Positions 30,401-37,515 of a stretch of DNA of 56,409 nucleotides are shown one piece after another. The notes below the pieces were generated by a model, which was not told the DNA's origin, ran no database searches, and saw only the letters and a program-made list of their open reading frames with translations. The position numbers and the translations under genes are program-made. How positions within the stretch are numbered: the stretch's first letter is position 1; each line of letters starts with the position of its first letter. This DNA is from a virus (taxonomy: Duplodnaviria; Heunggongvirae; Uroviricota; Caudoviricetes): the IMG/VR virus record IMGVR_UViG_2617270940_000006; one strand, given 5' to 3'.

Positions 30401-30915
30401 TGACGCGCATGGCGGCCGAAATGGGGCTGGGAGACGATCTAATCCGTCCAAGCATTGGTATTAAGCCAAAAATCATGGTTATTCTGGACAACGCGAACGG
30501 CAATGATGGGCGTACCGGCTACTTCATGGAGAACGGTTACGACGACTTTAAGGCGAAGTTGCTTACTGCCGGCGATCTGCGTATGGGCGATCTCTACGTC
30601 ACCGGCGTGTGTAAAAAGGTGAAGGACAAAGAGAAGGACTACACCAAAGACGAGATCGGTCAGTTCACCGACTTTATGCGTGAAGAGATCAATCTGGTGC
30701 GTCCGACCTATGTACTGACGTGTGGCAGCCGGGCGACGTCGCTCTTCAACAACAAGAGCAAACCATCCGACCTGGTTGGACGCAAAGAGTATCTGCCGGA
30801 GCTGGATGCGACCGTTTTCTACGGATTTAACCCGAATATCCTTTACTTCCGACCGGAAGAAGGAGAGCGACTGGAGGCCATTCTGACTGATATTGCGGAG
30901 ACGATAAATAAGTAA
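27409..30915 (+). CDS. DNA polymerase III alpha-like replicative polymerase
   Basis: 1168 aa; N-terminal PHP-like region and polymerase core (GPGRGSSAGSLVAW) typical of DnaE-family enzymes. Confidence 0.9.
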   Translation: MKALMVRTDFSLGESALKAENAVKIARDAGYTAVISADSMNIASVIPLQRAAGDDMSVICGVKLNVVDDPTYEHRARLAKESGRCMESLVRDRSYCFTALIKNEQGYRDVCELMTLANKREQFYFVPRLALEQLTAAYAKGNIILLTSDIGSVFQRRDFAKIIGTLVTAGGRDNFYSVVYPHPTPFYDQINVRAMKVASALKIEPVAFYPAYYEAIDDADIKDIAHMVTNNIKIDQPHRLRIPHQRDNAVNGRRHLLEALKAFSVRMGVPVTAAMASTTQDTIIEACTWRWHELPPALPKMADDEPATLMKLAVAGLRKRLTTKEFGYTPPASEHRVYVERLKYEMDTLTRLGFCGYFLMVRDLMNHSRETGIPVGPGRGSSAGSLVAWCIGITNVDPIRHGLLFERFINPERLDLPDADLDFSQARRHEVIEYLNERYGEDYVAGIPNFTYLGAASALRDTARIYGVDAADMAVSKEFKNLEDDSLSLEELREQLASLDKYTTKNPEAFKAACKLQSLMRGFGRHAAGMIVAGVPLVERTPVELRGNARCIAFDKRYCEAMGLIKLDVLGLATLDLLDSAKRYIKESTGEDINLDAIPLDDRKVLDGFAAGYTQGVFQLESGPMRKLLKDLGGGIEPMSFKTVVATTALFRPGPIQSGMLDDYVSVAKGFMAPHSIHPRLEEVTRETNGVLLYQEQIMQSSRVLAGFSMAEADALRSAIGKKNMDKMKAIGSDFVERAQAGWVTLSLKNGGTVEVHKHAKLDCSDGKRRSYSEAISDGIDYVEIVSEQEGLSKEKAQEIWDAFEKFGGYAFNKSHSVAYSLISYQSMWLKTHYPAEFFAAALTILGEDKHQGLVKDALTYGIRVLPPDVNVSSNRIEIRTLEDGSQVLYAPFSAVKGCSENGCQAIMRAREKVGGKFESLEQFEEAVEKRACNSRVRESLQKVGAFASIESGSLPATDPERLRDQAELMGNLVIDAVKASRPFEMTPKRSAEVNVLMTRMAAEMGLGDDLIRPSIGIKPKIMVILDNANGNDGRTGYFMENGYDDFKAKLLTAGDLRMGDLYVTGVCKKVKDKEKDYTKDEIGQFTDFMREEINLVRPTYVLTCGSRATSLFNNKSKPSDLVGRKEYLPELDATVFYGFNPNILYFRPEEGERLEAILTDIAETINK

Positions 30916-30920
30916 TAAAG

Positions 30921-30947
30921 AAAAACCCGCCATTTGGCGGGTTTTAT
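30921..30947. terminator. Bidirectional rho-independent terminator
   Basis: AAAAACCCGCC-ATTT-GGCGGGTTTT between convergent genes. Confidence 0.7.
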
Positions 30948-31504
30948 GCGCAAATTTTTTCGCAGTCTTGCGAGTGACTGAGTGAGCGAGTAACTCTCTC
31001 CACCTCATGGATGTCGCCCAACGATCTTATACGCAGGGCAAGATTCCACGTACTCAATGTGCGCGCGTTACGCACCAGTTCTTCCCGTGCTTTTTCGTCT
31101 TTGCTGTCAAGACGACCGCAGTCGTTCAACCATTTAGCGACTTCCGCCCAGTCCCAGAGTGGAGACTGACCGCTGATACGCTGAACAGGGCAAGGAAAAT
31201 CACCTTTGCCACGTAATCCGTCTTTAAGCAGAGTAATAGCCTGGCGCGTTAAGCCAGAGAGTTGAGCAATATCGCTCAAGCCTACCAGTGCTGAATCTAC
31301 CGATTCCACCACTGCGCCAATGCCTGCTGTTTCAATATCAAGGATTGCCGATTCGATTGCTTCATCTAAAGATTTAGCTTCTCGGTCAAATTCTACATAC
31401 ACTGAGTTTCCGTAGTAGCAAATGAGCGCATCATCGCAACCGTGGCTATACAGAGCATCTGCGACTACGCAGTACTGACTACAGGTTATCAGAATTATCC
31501 CCAT
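30944..31504 (-). CDS. Hypothetical DNA-binding protein (possible antitoxin-like fold)
   Basis: 186-aa minus-strand ORF inside a plus-strand module; N-terminal segment loosely HicB-like, central HTH-like segment. Weak assignment. Confidence 0.4.
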   Translation of the reverse strand: MGIILITCSQYCVVADALYSHGCDDALICYYGNSVYVEFDREAKSLDEAIESAILDIETAGIGAVVESVDSALVGLSDIAQLSGLTRQAITLLKDGLRGKGDFPCPVQRISGQSPLWDWAEVAKWLNDCGRLDSKDEKAREELVRNARTLSTWNLALRIRSLGDIHEVERVTRSLSHSQDCEKICA

Positions 31505-31613
31505 TTACATCAGCTTATCTACGTCAGCCCTCAAGTTCTTCAGCAAGCCAGCTCCACCGCCTGATTCCAACATGATAAAATTGATATACGAAAATAAGTA
31601 TATAGATAACATT

Positions 31614-32066
31614 ATGAGCACCGATATCTACGAAAAAATCATGTCCGATCTGGAGTTCGACCGCGACAATCTGGAGGAAGTCTGGCGTCAGCAACCGCGT
31701 CTGTTGATGGAGTATGGCTCTAAGCTGGCACGGGCAGAACGTGAGGTTGCAGATGCAAAACTCTCTCTCGACGCGATCGAGGCAAAAATCTATAACAACG
31801 AGCGTAAGAGCTTGAGTATGAATGGAATTAAGTTTAATGAATCCGTACTGGAAGCGAAGGTTAGAACCAACCCGCAATACCTCGCAAAGCGCCAGAAACT
31901 CGACGATGCTCGACACATTGCAGACCTGTACAAGCACGCTGTAGCCGCCTTCTCCCACCGCCGCGATATGATTGTCCAGGCGTCGAAGATGGCTATCGTA
32001 GAGATAGAGCGTCTGGGGGCCGAACGATTCCATTTACCCCGTCAATTTATGCTAGATAGTAAGTAA
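31614..32066 (+). CDS. Hypothetical coiled-coil protein
   Basis: About 150 aa, charged and helical; immediately upstream of the SSB gene. Confidence 0.4.
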   Translation: MSTDIYEKIMSDLEFDRDNLEEVWRQQPRLLMEYGSKLARAEREVADAKLSLDAIEAKIYNNERKSLSMNGIKFNESVLEAKVRTNPQYLAKRQKLDDARHIADLYKHAVAAFSHRRDMIVQASKMAIVEIERLGAERFHLPRQFMLDSK

Positions 32067-32164
32067 GTACTGATCTATCATTCTTCTCGCTCGAAAGAGC
32101 CACGAACAAACGAACGCCCAATGCGCATAGCGCCAATGGCCACAATCACAACAAGGAGAAATAC

Positions 32165-33181
32165 ATGTCTAAGTCATTACTTGATCTGCTTAACAAGACC
32201 CGTGGCGATATTGCTTCCAAACGTGGCAATAACATTGATTTGACCCGTCTGAAAGATGGCAATAACTATCTGCGCATTTTTCCGAACAAGGACGATCCGA
32301 ATGGCGTGTTCTTCCAGACTTTCGGTATGCACTACGTTAAGCATCAGAATGAGGAAGGCAAAGATGTAACCACCGCCTATATCTGCGAACAACACACCCA
32401 CGGCCACGCTTGCCAGCTGTGTGAGATGGTTATGGAAGGTCGCGCTCGCTTTAAGGGCAACAAAGCGATGGAAGAGCGCATTAATAGTATGCGTGCTACG
32501 CCGCGTTATCTGGTCAACGGTGTTCTGTCTGCGCGTGAAGACTTTGCGGACGCAGAGAAATGCCAGCTGATTGAGCTGCCGTCTACGGTCTTCGACGATA
32601 TCTGCAAAGTGATGTCCGAAGATATTGCGGACGATATTGGCAACCCACTGAGCAAAGAAGAAGGCTATGCGTTCCTGATTAAACGCACCGGTTCCGGTCG
32701 TGACACCAAGTACGACGTATCCCCGAAACGTAAAGTCTACAAAGGCGACATTCCTGAGAAGCTCTGGACTACCCAACACGATCTGATCGCATATGCGAAC
32801 CAGGCTGACGAAACTCGTTTGCTGTCCACGGCTCGCACTATGGGTCGTCTGATTGGTATTGCGGCTCCGGCAGCAACTATGTCCTCACCAGCCATTTCTT
32901 CCGCTGCAAAATCAGCCGCAGCTGGACTGCCAGGCTTTGGCTCTATCACTGGACATACGGAAGGCGCAGCAGCTGTCGCTACAGCACATACTCCGGCGCC
33001 AGAGTCCACCAGCCTGGTTGATGAAGAGATCCTGCGTGCAGCTGAAGCTGAGTTCAAACCGGAAGAAGCGAAAGCTCCGGAAGCCACCGAAGCCGCAAGT
33101 GCTTCAGCATCTGCTGCCGCTGCATCTGTACCAGCTGATGAAGGTCTCGATAACCTGCTGGCTGAACTGGACGCTCTGTAA
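32165..33181 (+). CDS. gp32-like single-stranded DNA-binding protein
   Basis: N-terminal basic region, His/Cys zinc cluster (HTHGHACQLC), acidic Ala-rich C-terminal tail; resembles T4 gp32 organisation from memory. Confidence 0.65.
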   Translation: MSKSLLDLLNKTRGDIASKRGNNIDLTRLKDGNNYLRIFPNKDDPNGVFFQTFGMHYVKHQNEEGKDVTTAYICEQHTHGHACQLCEMVMEGRARFKGNKAMEERINSMRATPRYLVNGVLSAREDFADAEKCQLIELPSTVFDDICKVMSEDIADDIGNPLSKEEGYAFLIKRTGSGRDTKYDVSPKRKVYKGDIPEKLWTTQHDLIAYANQADETRLLSTARTMGRLIGIAAPAATMSSPAISSAAKSAAAGLPGFGSITGHTEGAAAVATAHTPAPESTSLVDEEILRAAEAEFKPEEAKAPEATEAASASASAAAASVPADEGLDNLLAELDAL

Positions 33182-33198
33182 TCCCATAACGTGACCAG

Positions 33199-33227
33199 TA
33201 AGGCGTCTGCGGACGCCTTACTTTTTG
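33199..33227 (+). terminator. Rho-independent terminator
   Basis: TAAGGCGTC-TGCG-GACGCCTTA followed by CTTTTT. Confidence 0.65.
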
Positions 33228-33241
33228 GAAGGAGTGTACCG

Positions 33242-34186
33242 GTGAATTATCTCTTTGTGGACGGTAACAGCCTGGGCTATTACCACCAGCAATCCGACAA
33301 ATTACACAACGGCGAGATGGAAGTTCAGGCGGCTTTTGGCTTCGTGAAGAACGTTCGTCGTTACGCCTCAATTCTCCATGCCCGGCCAATGATCTTGTGG
33401 GATGGATTCAGCGACAAACGTCGCGACTTCTACCCGGAGTACAAAGCGAACCGCGACGACGACCCGGACATGAAGAAGATGAAAGAAGGCTTTGCCATCC
33501 AGAAGCCGTACATCTTGAAAATGATGACCGCGCTGGGCGTTAACCAACTCATTGCAAAGGACGCAGAAGCGGATGACCTGGCTGGAATGCTGGTCTCTCG
33601 TCTGGCTCCGCAGCCGACTGTTGACCATATCTATCTGCTAACGGGCGATGGCGACTGGCTCCAGCTTGTTCGTGAGAACGTGAGCTGGATAAGCCTGCGT
33701 GAAGACGCCAAGCACAAGCAGGTGAACTTCGAACAGTTCGCAGAGCTGACCGGTCTGCCGACCCCACGCGCGTTTCTGGAAGCGAAAGCGTTGCAGGGCG
33801 ATAACTCGGACAACATCAAAGGCGTAGGTGGCATTGGTGATGGTGGCGCGAAAGAGCTGCTTCATGAATGGGGAAGCGTGGCCGCAATGGTACGCGGCAT
33901 TAACGACGGTTCCATTGTCATCAACAAAGGTCGCTATAAGACGGCATTCAACAAGCTGGCAAAGAACGCCTTCAACGAGAAGACGGGCTGCCGGATGCTC
34001 GAAGCCTTTAAGCGCAACATGATGCTGATGAACCTTATCGACACAAAATTCCCACCCAGCGAAATCGAGTCGATTAAAGGCGCACGCGATATGAGCGCCT
34101 TTGAACAGATGTGTTACGAGCTGAATTTCCGTTCGTTTCTGGAAGATCTGGAAGTGTTTGTTCTGCCGTTTGAGAGGTATTGCTGA
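33242..34186 (+). CDS. 5'-3' exonuclease / flap endonuclease (RNase H-like)
   Basis: N-terminal VDGNSLGYY and acidic clusters typical of the 5' nuclease family; GTG start after an RBS downstream of the terminator. Confidence 0.8.
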   Translation: MNYLFVDGNSLGYYHQQSDKLHNGEMEVQAAFGFVKNVRRYASILHARPMILWDGFSDKRRDFYPEYKANRDDDPDMKKMKEGFAIQKPYILKMMTALGVNQLIAKDAEADDLAGMLVSRLAPQPTVDHIYLLTGDGDWLQLVRENVSWISLREDAKHKQVNFEQFAELTGLPTPRAFLEAKALQGDNSDNIKGVGGIGDGGAKELLHEWGSVAAMVRGINDGSIVINKGRYKTAFNKLAKNAFNEKTGCRMLEAFKRNMMLMNLIDTKFPPSEIESIKGARDMSAFEQMCYELNFRSFLEDLEVFVLPFERYC

Positions 34187-34452
34187 TGCTGAAATCCATC
34201 ATTAATGGCGGGGCAACTACGCCAACCATGCTGGCAAAGGAGATTGTTTTCTGCCACGGCGAGCACGCTGTGGTAGCGCTGCCGAACATTCTGGGCGCTG
34301 CTGGCATCTCTGCTACTGAGCGTGAGTTCGCGCTGGTCAGTGAGCAGGTCGTGAAGATCATCGCTCGCGTCGCCAAACACCTGAACCACGACGCAATCAA
34401 GTTTGACGAAGCCGCTGCTTCGAAGCGAATCAACGAATCAAAAGGAGCCTAA
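34180..34452 (+). CDS. Hypothetical small protein
   Basis: 90-aa ORF between the exonuclease and recombinase genes. Confidence 0.4.
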   Translation: MLMLKSIINGGATTPTMLAKEIVFCHGEHAVVALPNILGAAGISATEREFALVSEQVVKIIARVAKHLNHDAIKFDEAAASKRINESKGA

Positions 34453-34454
34453 TC

Positions 34455-36797
34455 ATGGCAAAAGGCAAATCCGCACTGGCACTGGCGCTGAAAAAGAAAA
34501 TCGGCAGCAATGACGAGATTCAGAAGGTCTCCCACTGGATTGACTCCGGTTTCCCTCCACTGAACAAAGCCATTTCCGGACGTTACGACGGTGGTTTTCC
34601 GTGTGGGCGTATCGTTGAAGTCTTCGGGCCACCAAGCGCGGGGAAATGTGTTACCGCAGACACCATGCTGCTGACGGAGCGTGGAATGGTAACAGTGAAA
34701 GAACTGTTTGAGATTGAGGGGCACAAAGCAACATGCACTACTCGCGATGTAGAGCATAACGTTGGACTCATCAATGAAAATGGCGTGATAGAGAAGACCT
34801 CACACCTGACATGGAACAACCGTCGCAAATTCAAGCGCATTAAGCTGGCATCAGGGGGTTACATCGAGGCTACGTTCCGTCACCCAATTCGTGTGGTTGA
34901 CGACTTAGGCAATATCGTCTGGCGGCATGCTGAAAAAATCAGTGTAGGCGACACGATTCCTTCAATGGTTGGCACACATCAATTCGGCGATCAGCACTTG
35001 GATGCCAATATCGCAAAACTGATGGGCTATTTAATTGCTGACGGATACGTGGCCTCTGAAAATTCTGTGCATTTTTCTAACACAGATCCATTCATCAAGG
35101 ATGAGTACTACCGCCTCATTTCGCTGGTATCAGACAAGATGCCAGTTACGAGAAAACATAACGGCTCGGAAGACCATGTGCTGTTTAGCAAAGAGGTGCG
35201 TTCGCTGCTTTTTAAAGAATATGGTCTGGAGTATGAGAAAGCTGCTGGCAAGCAGGTTCCGTTGAGTGTGCGTCGCGCCAATAGCGAGGCTCAAATTGCA
35301 TTCCTTCGCGGCTACTTTGAGCTGGAATGCCACGTCAATGATGGTCGCTGCATTGAGGTTGTGAGCGCGAGTGGGCTGCTGCTACAGCAAATTCGCCTCA
35401 TGCTCCTGAATCTGGGGATTGCGTCAACTATCTCTGAAAAACACGTCGCAGGTTATAAAAACATATATTACCGGCTGTCATTCAGTGGCTCTAACTACGA
35501 CCTTTTCCTGTCAACGATTGGGTTCGAGTCTCCGGCTCGTTTAGCAGTGGCAACCAAACGGGACATTAGTTTTGACCGCACTTATTTAGGCTACGTTCCG
35601 CACATCAGCGGCTTAGTGAAATCACTCTACGAGTCACTCACCAAGACCTCTCGTAAAGACTACGTTCTGGTAGATCACGTTATTGGCCGCGGCGATCGTG
35701 TCGGAATAGACAAACTGCGAGAAATCTATGTCTCCTTCATTGGCAGAAAGAATCGTTTTAACGAGCATCTGTTTGCACAACTGGCAGCGGTAATTGACTC
35801 TAACTTGTTCTACGACGAAGTCGTGGCTATTGAGGAAGGTGAAGCACCAACGTTCGACGTAGCGATGCCGGAAACACACTCTTTCTGGTCTAACGGGATT
35901 ATCAGCCACAACACATTCCTCGCGACGGCTGCGATGGTGTCAGCACAAAAACAGGATGGTCTGGCCGTATTCCTTGACCACGAAAACAGTTTCGACGTTG
36001 GTCTGGCGGTAGCGAACGGACTGAACGCCGACGAAGACGACGGTCAGTGGGTCTACAAACAGCCGGATACCTTCGAAGACTCCGTAGAGCTGATCGGCAC
36101 AATCCTCAAGCTGGTGCGCGACGAAGAGCTTATTCCGGAAACAGCCCCTATCTGCATCGTAGCCGACTCTCTGGCGTCGATGGTTCCAAACTCGAAGGCT
36201 GAGAAGTTCGACAAGATGGCAGAAGGCACTGCGAAGGACAAAGATCAGCTGAACATGAACGACAACACGGCGCTGGCGCGCGCGACAAGTGCGAACTTCC
36301 CTACTCTGGCGCTTTGGGCGCGTAAGTACAACGCGTGCATCATCTTCTTGAACCAGGTGCGTACCAAAATTGGTGTGATGTTTGGCGATCCGACTACGTC
36401 TCCGGGTGGCGACTCTCCGAAGTTCTACGCGTCGGTGCGCATCCGTCTGGGTGCATCCGTCATGAAGGATGGCAAAGAGAAGATCGGACAGGACGTTGGC
36501 GCCGAGTGCATTAAAAACAAAGTCGCGCCTCCGTTTGGCAAATGCTCATGGAAATTCTACTTCGACCCGACTCGCGGGCTGGACGTCGTCGAGTCTCTGG
36601 TTGAATACATGCTGGAGGAAGGATACCTGCCCAAGAGCGCCAGCGGGCGTGTGGAAATTGGCGAGAAGAAATACACCAAATCGCAGATCGTCGAGATGTA
36701 CCGCGAGAAGCCACTCCCGGAAATCATCGCAGCACTCCAGGCGATAGACGAACGGCGAGCGAAAGAGTCGTCACCAGCAGAGACAGAAGAAGCGTAA
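34455..36797 (+). CDS. RecA/UvsX-like recombinase interrupted by an intein
   Basis: The Walker A motif is split: GPPSAGK then Cys at codon 65, and it resumes as TFLATAAMV after ...SHN at codon 486. Removing codons 65-486 leaves a 358-aa RecA-size protein with a contiguous GPPSAGKT. Confidence 0.85.
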   Translation: MAKGKSALALALKKKIGSNDEIQKVSHWIDSGFPPLNKAISGRYDGGFPCGRIVEVFGPPSAGKCVTADTMLLTERGMVTVKELFEIEGHKATCTTRDVEHNVGLINENGVIEKTSHLTWNNRRKFKRIKLASGGYIEATFRHPIRVVDDLGNIVWRHAEKISVGDTIPSMVGTHQFGDQHLDANIAKLMGYLIADGYVASENSVHFSNTDPFIKDEYYRLISLVSDKMPVTRKHNGSEDHVLFSKEVRSLLFKEYGLEYEKAAGKQVPLSVRRANSEAQIAFLRGYFELECHVNDGRCIEVVSASGLLLQQIRLMLLNLGIASTISEKHVAGYKNIYYRLSFSGSNYDLFLSTIGFESPARLAVATKRDISFDRTYLGYVPHISGLVKSLYESLTKTSRKDYVLVDHVIGRGDRVGIDKLREIYVSFIGRKNRFNEHLFAQLAAVIDSNLFYDEVVAIEEGEAPTFDVAMPETHSFWSNGIISHNTFLATAAMVSAQKQDGLAVFLDHENSFDVGLAVANGLNADEDDGQWVYKQPDTFEDSVELIGTILKLVRDEELIPETAPICIVADSLASMVPNSKAEKFDKMAEGTAKDKDQLNMNDNTALARATSANFPTLALWARKYNACIIFLNQVRTKIGVMFGDPTTSPGGDSPKFYASVRIRLGASVMKDGKEKIGQDVGAECIKNKVAPPFGKCSWKFYFDPTRGLDVVESLVEYMLEEGYLPKSASGRVEIGEKKYTKSQIVEMYREKPLPEIIAALQAIDERRAKESSPAETEEA
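34647..35912 (+). other. Intein (422 aa) with LAGLIDADG homing-endonuclease domain
   Basis: Begins with Cys, ends with His-Asn, and is followed by Thr. Two LAGLIDADG-like blocks (LMGYLIADGYV, LRGYFELECHV). Confidence 0.8.
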
Positions 36798-36801
36798 TCA
36801 C

Positions 36802-36826
36802 AAGGCGTCCATTGGACGCCTTTTTA
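36802..36826 (+). terminator. Rho-independent terminator
   Basis: AAGGCGTCC-ATTG-GACGCC followed by TTTTT. Confidence 0.65.
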
Positions 36827-36887
36827 TACTTGAAAGTATATAAGTACTTACTTATCATTTCTACACCCAAACGACAAAAGGAAACAC

Positions 36888-37088
36888 ATGATTAAGGGTT
36901 ATCTCATGGCTGTTTCAGCAGTGGTATCAGTCTGCTTTATTTACGGTTTACTGGTTCCATCGCTTATATCAGCTAAAAGCGATCTGGCCTTCTTTATCGG
37001 ACTTGCCATCGCTTTAATCTTCCCGGTTGCCTTGTTAAAAGCTGGCCGCAGGTATATCAACTCACTCAATAAAACTAAGGAGAAGTAA
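36888..37088 (+). CDS. Small membrane protein
   Basis: 66 aa with two hydrophobic helices; conserved AAAGGAAACACATG start context. Confidence 0.4.
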   Translation: MIKGYLMAVSAVVSVCFIYGLLVPSLISAKSDLAFFIGLAIALIFPVALLKAGRRYINSLNKTKEK

Positions 37089-37091
37089 GTA

Positions 37092-37283
37092 ATGAAGAAA
37101 GGTTTACTGGCGGTGGCTTTGGCTGCTATTTGCACAATGGGTCTGACCGGCTGCGATCGCGTGGAACCGGGATACGTTGGCATTAAGGTAAACAAATTGG
37201 GTGAAGACAAAGGTATCGGTGAAGTTGTCGGCGTTGGCCGTCAGTGGACTGGTCTGAATACCGAGCTGTACACCTCTCTTTAA
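37092..37283 (+). pseudogene. Lipoprotein gene truncated at an IS remnant
   Basis: Lipobox LTGC; the sequence after it resembles the start of an SPFH/band-7 domain (EPGYVGIKV). The last codons and stop are supplied by IS-derived sequence. Confidence 0.4.
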
Positions 37284-37357
37284 GTCATCTTAAATGACTC
37301 TGAGGTGTCTGTTAAACCTGTGGCGATTCAGTCTATTAAACCTGTAGCGATTCACTT
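37262..37357 (-). mobile_element. IS3-family left-end remnant (inverted), with an extra 25-bp terminal-repeat copy
   Basis: The reverse complement of 37262-37331 matches 15641-15699; 37332-37357 repeats the terminal 25 bp. Confidence 0.7.
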
Positions 37358-37515
37358 TATGGTGTCATAAACTTAAATCTAGCGCCGGGTAGAACAAGTT
37401 AATCGAACGATGTAGCGGCCATTTAGGCGTTACAGAAAGAACAGAATTTTAAATTTATAGTGAAGCCGTTGCAGCAACTTTGTGGGGTGCAACCAACACT
37501 GAACAGGAAAAGAAA

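Noticed and set aside
31524-32033. 169-aa minus-strand ORF
   Set aside because: Entirely antisense to the more plausible plus-strand coiled-coil gene; its translation is Cys-rich and hydrophobic without any motif.
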